Below, piece by piece: positions 59,256-64,000 of a stretch of 64,000 nt of DNA; within the stretch, counting starts at the first letter, position 1, and each line of letters starts with the position of its first letter. Source of the stretch: a virus (lineage: Duplodnaviria > Caudoviricetes); IMG/VR virus record IMGVR_UViG_3300028603_000017, positions 1-64,000 of that record; one strand, given 5' to 3'. Position numbers and translations under genes: made by a program. The notes beneath the pieces are model-generated. The model was not told where the DNA came from. It did no database searches and saw only the letters and a program-made list of their open reading frames with translations.

Positions 59256-59867
59256 ATGACGTTATCTAAGCCAGTAGGTTCTAGTGTTGATATGTCAGTA
59301 CCTAGCCATGAATATATCTTCAAACGTATGTTCATGTGTGTTGTCTCTCAAATGGATATCACCAGTAAAGAATACCTAAAGAAATTTGGTATGCCTACTA
59401 CTGGTGATCCCAATATTGACAGAGAGATGGCAAATCAACTCATTACAACATACAAAACCATAGCTGATATGGTGGATCTATTCAGACAAGGCGTTACAGT
59501 CAGAGTGCCAAAACAACAAGACTGTAAAACTATATATGAGTACGTAGACTACCACATTCAGTCTTGGGCTCAAGCTATTCAAAATGGATTAAATCTAGGT
59601 AATGCTCCGTTAGAAGACTTAATAGAGATGGATAAGTTTGCTACCAAACTGTATCCGTATGCTCTAGATAATAAGCTCATTATGGAAAACTCTTCTGTAT
59701 TTGTTCAGCAATTAGGTAACAATTTCATTACCCACGATAATGTATTGGGTTCTATGAAGTCACCTACACGCATATTAGAAGAATCTGGTCTAGATGAAAA
59801 TGGACAATTGCCTCAAAGAGAGTCTTATGCTGATATCTTTATCAAAAGAGGTAAAGGATGGAAATAG
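59256..59867 (+). CDS. Conserved phiKZ-like hypothetical protein
   Basis: FGMPTTGD..ID, TIADMV, PLEDL..MDKFA; synteny. Confidence 0.6.
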   Translation: MTLSKPVGSSVDMSVPSHEYIFKRMFMCVVSQMDITSKEYLKKFGMPTTGDPNIDREMANQLITTYKTIADMVDLFRQGVTVRVPKQQDCKTIYEYVDYHIQSWAQAIQNGLNLGNAPLEDLIEMDKFATKLYPYALDNKLIMENSSVFVQQLGNNFITHDNVLGSMKSPTRILEESGLDENGQLPQRESYADIFIKRGKGWK

Positions 59868-61291
59868 AATCTACTGCCTTATTTCAAGAGATAAAAGCTA
59901 TTATCGATGATGGGCCTAAACCTGTTAACTATTACTATAAATGCTATTTTCTTATTGATGATAAGAAATATGAGCCTTTAAAGATTATTGATGTATTTCA
60001 TAAACGGAACTATGTTGAAGCTAGAGGTGATGAGAGATTCATCACCCTAGCTATTCCTATGGGTTTATGGTCTAAGATTATTTATCCAAAGCTCAATATT
60101 TTGGATATTACTTTGGTTAAAATACCTATTTATGAAATTGATGATAAAGAAAATCAAGAAGAAGAAATAGAAGAGATCAGATACACAGCTATTCCTGTAC
60201 CAGATTCAATACCTAATTTAACAGGTGATAATCTACAGAGATTCAGCATTGCTGCTTTGGATACCATGGACTTCTTTGAAGTTACATTTCAATTGGTAGA
60301 TAAAGGCTTAGAAGCATTAAAGATGGTCACAGTAGGTTCTGTTTTTAGACGTTGTAAAACAGAGGATGTTGTCAAAGGTATTTTAGCTAAAGAAAGATCT
60401 AAAGCCAAAACCATTACAGGAAAAGCTGTTGAAACGATTGATATGGTAGATGGCGATAATGATGATGAAATAGAGCATGTATTGATTCCTCAAGGCTTAC
60501 CCTATCTAGACGTACCTTTTTATGTGCAACAGCAATGTAATGGTGTTTATAATGCTGGAATGAATATCTATTATCAAAATAAAGGATTATTTGTTTATCC
60601 CCCATTTGATACAACCAGATATGATTCTGCTGATTTAAAAGCTACTATATTGAAAGTGCCTAAATACTCCTATTCGTATTTAGAAAGAACATACAGACAA
60701 GAAGGCGATATTGTTTATATCATAGGCACCAGTGATTCTAGTTTCGAAGATAAGTCATTTATCAATTCTAGAAATAGAGGTGACGGTATTCGCTTTGGCG
60801 ATGCTCGCTTTATCATGCGAGATGAATTGCTAGAGACCAAGGACAATAAAACCAAAATCGTTAGAAAAGACGTTAACCAAGAGTTTGTATCCAAAGATAA
60901 AAGTGATCAACCTGATTACCGTCAACAACTTTATGTTCCTTTATCTAAAGAACATATGAATGCCAATCCGTTTGTACAAAGATCCAGACTAGCACATATT
61001 AACGGTGCTATGTATCAAATTGATTGGCAAAACTCAAACCCTGATGTACTCATACCTGGAATGATGGTAAAGATCATTTATATGAGTAAACATGAATTTA
61101 GAGAACTGTATGGTGTATTAACACATGTAGTTACAAACACTCAGTTGTCTGGACAGGGTTTAAATTATACTAGACACATCACTAACTCATCTTTATTCAT
61201 ATTCAGCACTATGCTCACTGAGCAAGAGCAAGAATTTGATGAGATAGACGAAAGTGTTATAACTGCTTGGGAAAATTATGAAATGGGCTAG
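59858..61291 (+). CDS. Putative baseplate hub protein (phiKZ gp101-like)
   Basis: 477 aa; IPQG...YVQ....GVY..G...YYQ, WQNS.PD.L.PGM; synteny. Confidence 0.6.
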   Translation: MEIESTALFQEIKAIIDDGPKPVNYYYKCYFLIDDKKYEPLKIIDVFHKRNYVEARGDERFITLAIPMGLWSKIIYPKLNILDITLVKIPIYEIDDKENQEEEIEEIRYTAIPVPDSIPNLTGDNLQRFSIAALDTMDFFEVTFQLVDKGLEALKMVTVGSVFRRCKTEDVVKGILAKERSKAKTITGKAVETIDMVDGDNDDEIEHVLIPQGLPYLDVPFYVQQQCNGVYNAGMNIYYQNKGLFVYPPFDTTRYDSADLKATILKVPKYSYSYLERTYRQEGDIVYIIGTSDSSFEDKSFINSRNRGDGIRFGDARFIMRDELLETKDNKTKIVRKDVNQEFVSKDKSDQPDYRQQLYVPLSKEHMNANPFVQRSRLAHINGAMYQIDWQNSNPDVLIPGMMVKIIYMSKHEFRELYGVLTHVVTNTQLSGQGLNYTRHITNSSLFIFSTMLTEQEQEFDEIDESVITAWENYEMG

Positions 61292-61607
61292 CAATATCAT
61301 CCATCGATTTATCAAATGGCTTATTTCTTTATTCTTTAAACGAAATCATAAGTACGGTGTTAGTTTTGATGTTGATATCAATTTAAGTAACCTAATGTCA
61401 CCATTACCAAATGTAAATACATTTTACGATTTGGCTAGAGATGTTGGTATCTTTGAAGTGGTTGATGTTGATGCTAAAGAATCTATTGTAGTTATTAGAG
61501 AAGTAGGTACTGATACAGAATATAAAATAGATTCTGAGTTATTTATTATTCTGTTTGTTTCTAAGAGTGATGCCAGCTCTAATTTTGATTTATTAAAATA
61601 TAAATAG
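61278..61607 (+). CDS. Hypothetical protein
   Basis: 109 aa; amphipathic N-terminus. Confidence 0.6.
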   Translation: MKWASNIIHRFIKWLISLFFKRNHKYGVSFDVDINLSNLMSPLPNVNTFYDLARDVGIFEVVDVDAKESIVVIREVGTDTEYKIDSELFIILFVSKSDASSNFDLLKYK

Positions 61608-61613
61608 CACATA

Positions 61614-61641
61614 CTCCCAGTAGGTATTAACCTACTGGGAG
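61614..61641. terminator. Intergenic palindrome H21
   Basis: acata-ctcccagtaggt-atta-acctactgggag-c-tatgccg. Confidence 0.8.
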
Positions 61642-61662
61642 CTATGCCGTTAAAAAGTAGAT

Positions 61663-61703
61663 TCAAAAATATTTCAGTCACATATTGTAAACGTGAATAG
61701 GAA
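61663..61703 (+). promoter_or_regulatory. Putative phage early promoter (copy 2)
   Basis: tcaaaaatatttcagtcacatattgtaaacgtgaataggaa is 33/41 identical to 26966-27006. Confidence 0.75.
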
Positions 61704-61745
61704 TACATATCTTCCGAAATCAACTCTTTAACCTGGAGAAAACAA

Positions 61746-61865
61746 ATGCAAGCCATCAAGAATTGGGGCAACAAGTTTGCCAAGCTGCCCATCGACAAAC
61801 AAGTCATTCTGGTTTGCGGCATCGCTTGTGCTGCTGGCTATCTCATCAATTCCATCAAGCGCTAA
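61746..61865 (+). CDS. Small single-TM early protein (not in ORF track)
   Basis: GGAG RBS; MQAIKNWGNKFAKLPIDKQVILVCGIACAAGYLINSIKR*. Confidence 0.7.
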   Translation: MQAIKNWGNKFAKLPIDKQVILVCGIACAAGYLINSIKR

Positions 61866-61896
61866 TCTAGCGCTCGACTCAAAAAGGAAAAAAACC

Positions 61897-62085
61897 ATGA
61901 ACTACGAAAACATGACCGACGAAGAAATCGCTGCGGACACTGCTGCGAAGCTGGAGTACTGCGATCCCAAAAAGAACAAGAACTGGAACCGTGCTCTGTT
62001 CTGTGTTCGTATGCTCGCTGACGCTAACATCTACCTGGCTTGCGTCAGCTTGGGCATCACGCTGCACAAGGTCATCAAAGGCTAA
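61897..62085 (+). CDS. Small early protein with hydrophobic C-terminus
   Basis: AAGGA RBS; MNYENMTDEE...IYLACVSLGITLHKVIKG. Confidence 0.7.
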   Translation: MNYENMTDEEIAADTAAKLEYCDPKKNKNWNRALFCVRMLADANIYLACVSLGITLHKVIKG

Positions 62086-62123
62086 GTCTACCCACATCAA
62101 TCAAACCTCTGAAAGAAACTACC

Positions 62124-62279
62124 ATGACCCGTGAACAACTCATTAACGTAAACAAGATCGCCACCAATCAAGCTAAGAACCTCAAGACCAAGAAGAAAAT
62201 CATCGTCCTCTATGGCGCGGTGGCTTTGGCCACCACCAGCGTGCTGACTTTCTTGATCTACAAGGATTTGAAGAGCTGA
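62124..62279 (+). CDS. Small single-TM early protein
   Basis: MTREQL...KKKIIVLYGAVALATTSVLTFLIYK. Confidence 0.7.
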   Translation: MTREQLINVNKIATNQAKNLKTKKKIIVLYGAVALATTSVLTFLIYKDLKS

Positions 62280-62376
62280 ATCTCTCACCGTGAGCAAGAC
62301 CAAGTCTCACGGTGATTGGAATACCAATCCAACCATCGTGGGATTTACTTCCCAAAACAATTCTAGGAGAACTACC

Positions 62377-62520
62377 ATGTTTGAACAACGTCCCTTTGAG
62401 ATCCTCTTGACCTACTTGGCCGCCATGGCCATCGGCTCCATCGCTACCGTGGGTTTCCGCTCTTACGTGGACTGGAAAATAAAGCAAGCCAAAAAGGATT
62501 GCAATGAGCAAAAAGTCTAA
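62377..62520 (+). CDS. Small single-TM early protein
   Basis: AGGAG RBS; ILLTYLAAMAIGSIATVGF. Confidence 0.7.
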   Translation: MFEQRPFEILLTYLAAMAIGSIATVGFRSYVDWKIKQAKKDCNEQKV

Positions 62521-63538
62521 CACAACCAATGCTCGTAAGTTCTATCGTCGTCGCCAAATTTTGAAAGAGGAGCTCGAAATGGCAAAGAAAAACTGCAAGA
62601 AGCAAGCGATCAAAGGGTTTTCGCAACTGGAGAGCATGAATTTGCAGTCCATGCTTGCTGAAAAGCAGATCGCTGAAAACGGAGCTGACAACTTCGAATT
62701 CATTGCTGAGTGCGATGGAGTGCGTGCGAGCTTTTCGATCAATATTCCGATCGACAAAAATAAGCCCTTTCCAGAGGATCTTCTTCGGGAAGTGGTAACC
62801 TATGGTGTTTGCTGCAAAGACAGCGAATTCCATCTGATGGAAACGATGCTCAAGAGCATCGACCACAGTGGTGTGCAAACCATGGTTCAGAATTTCGTGA
62901 TGTATGCCAACGACATGCGTAAGGAGTTCGAGAGTATGGAATGCTCGAAATCCCAAACGATCGAGTCCTTGGATCAATTGAACGAAAAGCTGAAGGATCT
63001 CGCACCCAACTCCATCTACATCGCCCAGCGCAATAAGCGCCAAAACCAAACTCAACCCAACCAGGAGCTCAACATGGAAAACCAAACCCAACAACCCCAA
63101 GTCGAAGAAATCCAAGCCACCGCAGCCGAGGCTGGTGAGCCGGTCACCCAAACCGTGAGCACCGAAGAAGCTGCAACCACCAATCCCCAACCCGAAACCA
63201 CCATCATCAAGGAAGAAACCATGACCGACAACGTCAACCAGACCATCAACGAAGCTGCCGCTGCTGCTTACAATGCTGCCAAGGCTGCTGCTGACGCCGC
63301 CAGCTCCGCTGCCGATACGACCAAGGAAACCACCAACAAGACCAAAGCCGTTACCACAAAGGCTGCCAAAGAAACCAAGGGCTTCTTCGCTCGCCACCAA
63401 AAGAAGCTCTACATCGGTCTGGGTCTGATCGGTCTGGGCGGCGCTGCCTACTTCGGCTGGAAGAAGTTCGGCAGCTTGATCGATGCGGGTGAAACCGCTG
63501 TCGAAGTGGTGGTCGATACCGCTGGTGCTGGCAGCTAA
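62504..63538 (+). CDS. Early tail-anchored membrane protein with internal in-frame starts
   Basis: 344 aa; low-complexity Q/E/T/A linker; C-terminal TM LYIGLGLIGLGGAAYFGW. Confidence 0.75.
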   Translation: MSKKSNTTNARKFYRRRQILKEELEMAKKNCKKQAIKGFSQLESMNLQSMLAEKQIAENGADNFEFIAECDGVRASFSINIPIDKNKPFPEDLLREVVTYGVCCKDSEFHLMETMLKSIDHSGVQTMVQNFVMYANDMRKEFESMECSKSQTIESLDQLNEKLKDLAPNSIYIAQRNKRQNQTQPNQELNMENQTQQPQVEEIQATAAEAGEPVTQTVSTEEAATTNPQPETTIIKEETMTDNVNQTINEAAAAAYNAAKAAADAASSAADTTKETTNKTKAVTTKAAKETKGFFARHQKKLYIGLGLIGLGGAAYFGWKKFGSLIDAGETAVEVVVDTAGAGS

Positions 63539-63586
63539 CCAACCCCAATTTATCTAGCTAACAACTCTAGATAGATTAACATATAT

Positions 63587-63616
63587 ACAGCAGGAGTTCC
63601 TTTGAACTCCTGCTGT
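63587..63616 (+). terminator. Palindrome H22 ending early island 2
   Basis: acagcaggagttc-cttt-gaactcctgctgt flanked by acata and tatg; T-run downstream. Confidence 0.8.
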
Positions 63617-63662
63617 GTTATATGAATTATCTTTTTTTTTTGTTTATTTTCACTTACACACT

Positions 63663-63841
63663 ATGCGATTATCTGATGTCTTAATATTCAAAAAGTGTGT
63701 CACTTCTTTGTGAGAGATGGTAAAATCGAATACTGTAGTGATAGTATTCATGATCTAAAAGGTAAAACTGTAGATATGGTACAAAAGTATAAATATTATA
63801 GTTTAGGACAGGGTGGGCTCCCCTGTCTTCTATTATCATAA
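63663..63841 (+). pseudogene. Internally deleted DUF6527-like gene
   Basis: MRLSDVL.. start, out of frame with VCHFFVRDGKIEYCSDSIHDLKGKTVDM, the C-terminal signature of that family. The CxxC-containing middle is absent. Confidence 0.6.
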
Positions 63842-63866
63842 TGGGTGTGGAAACAAGGTAACCAAA

Positions 63867-64000
63867 ATGAGTTTTGCTAAACGATTTAATCTAGCTGCCG
63901 CTTTAGAACAAGTTACAGCTGAGTGTGATCCTGCTGAAGTCTTTGAAGATAACATTGATGCAGGTCTGGATGATCTAGAAGAACTACAAGAAAGCGTTGA
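63867..64000 (+). CDS. Internal head protein paralog, N-terminus (runs off the window)
   Basis: MSFAKRFNLAAALE; its first codons are identical to those of the gene at 53073. Confidence 0.8.
   Translation, partial: MSFAKRFNLAAALEQVTAECDPAEVFEDNIDAGLDDLEELQESV

Noticed and set aside
62444-63400. Long antisense ORFs (also 27917-28597, 4119-4346, 54555-55028 and similar)
   Set aside because: They are shadows of plus-strand genes with biased codon usage, have no RBS and overlap real genes completely.
456-63616. Palindromes as a CRISPR array or integron attC array
   Set aside because: They are dispersed singly between genes and vary in sequence. There are no regular spacers, cas genes, integrase or GTTRRRY core sites.
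1-64000. Stop-codon reassignment (alternative genetic code)
   Set aside because: The standard code gives dense full-length ORFs ending in TAA, TGA and TAG. In-frame stops occur only in short scars.
1-64000. tRNA or rRNA genes
   Set aside because: No cloverleaf with T-loop GTTC consensus and no rRNA-like sequence was recognised. Intergenic gaps are short and explained by hairpins or scars.

Overview
This window is a 64-kb segment of an AT-rich jumbo phage genome of the phiKZ-like (Chimalliviridae-type) group. The assignment rests on the split family-B DNA polymerase subunit followed by a phiKZ-like head/baseplate block, paralogous internal head proteins with (S/A/G)-x-E prohead-protease sites, and gp131-like baseplate-attachment domains. 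The layout is: 1-23.8 kb, tail-fibre and receptor-binding genes (Mtd-N, collar, LamG/ConA and Ig domains, a 3227-aa Ig/LamG adhesin); 23.8-37.7 kb, nucleotide metabolism and accessory genes (Tmk, DUF4326, prolyl-4-hydroxylase-like, Dcd, ThyX, HAD, degenerate DHH, DUF2829/Tad2-like, H1-like) with a GC-richer early island at 27.0-28.6 kb; 38.5-61.6 kb, DNA polymerase subunit plus virion genes; 61.7-63.5 kb, a second early island of small membrane proteins. Several things are not explained by the gene list. About 22 related intergenic palindromes are mostly framed by CATA...TATG. Four dispersed LamG tip genes share an N-terminal KLLRR-type peptide, and one is switched off by an A11 tract. Numerous short gene scars (orphan N- or C-termini, internally deleted paralogs) sit next to the palindromes. 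A 41-bp putative early promoter occurs twice. All family assignments come from reading motifs and synteny by eye, not from database searches.
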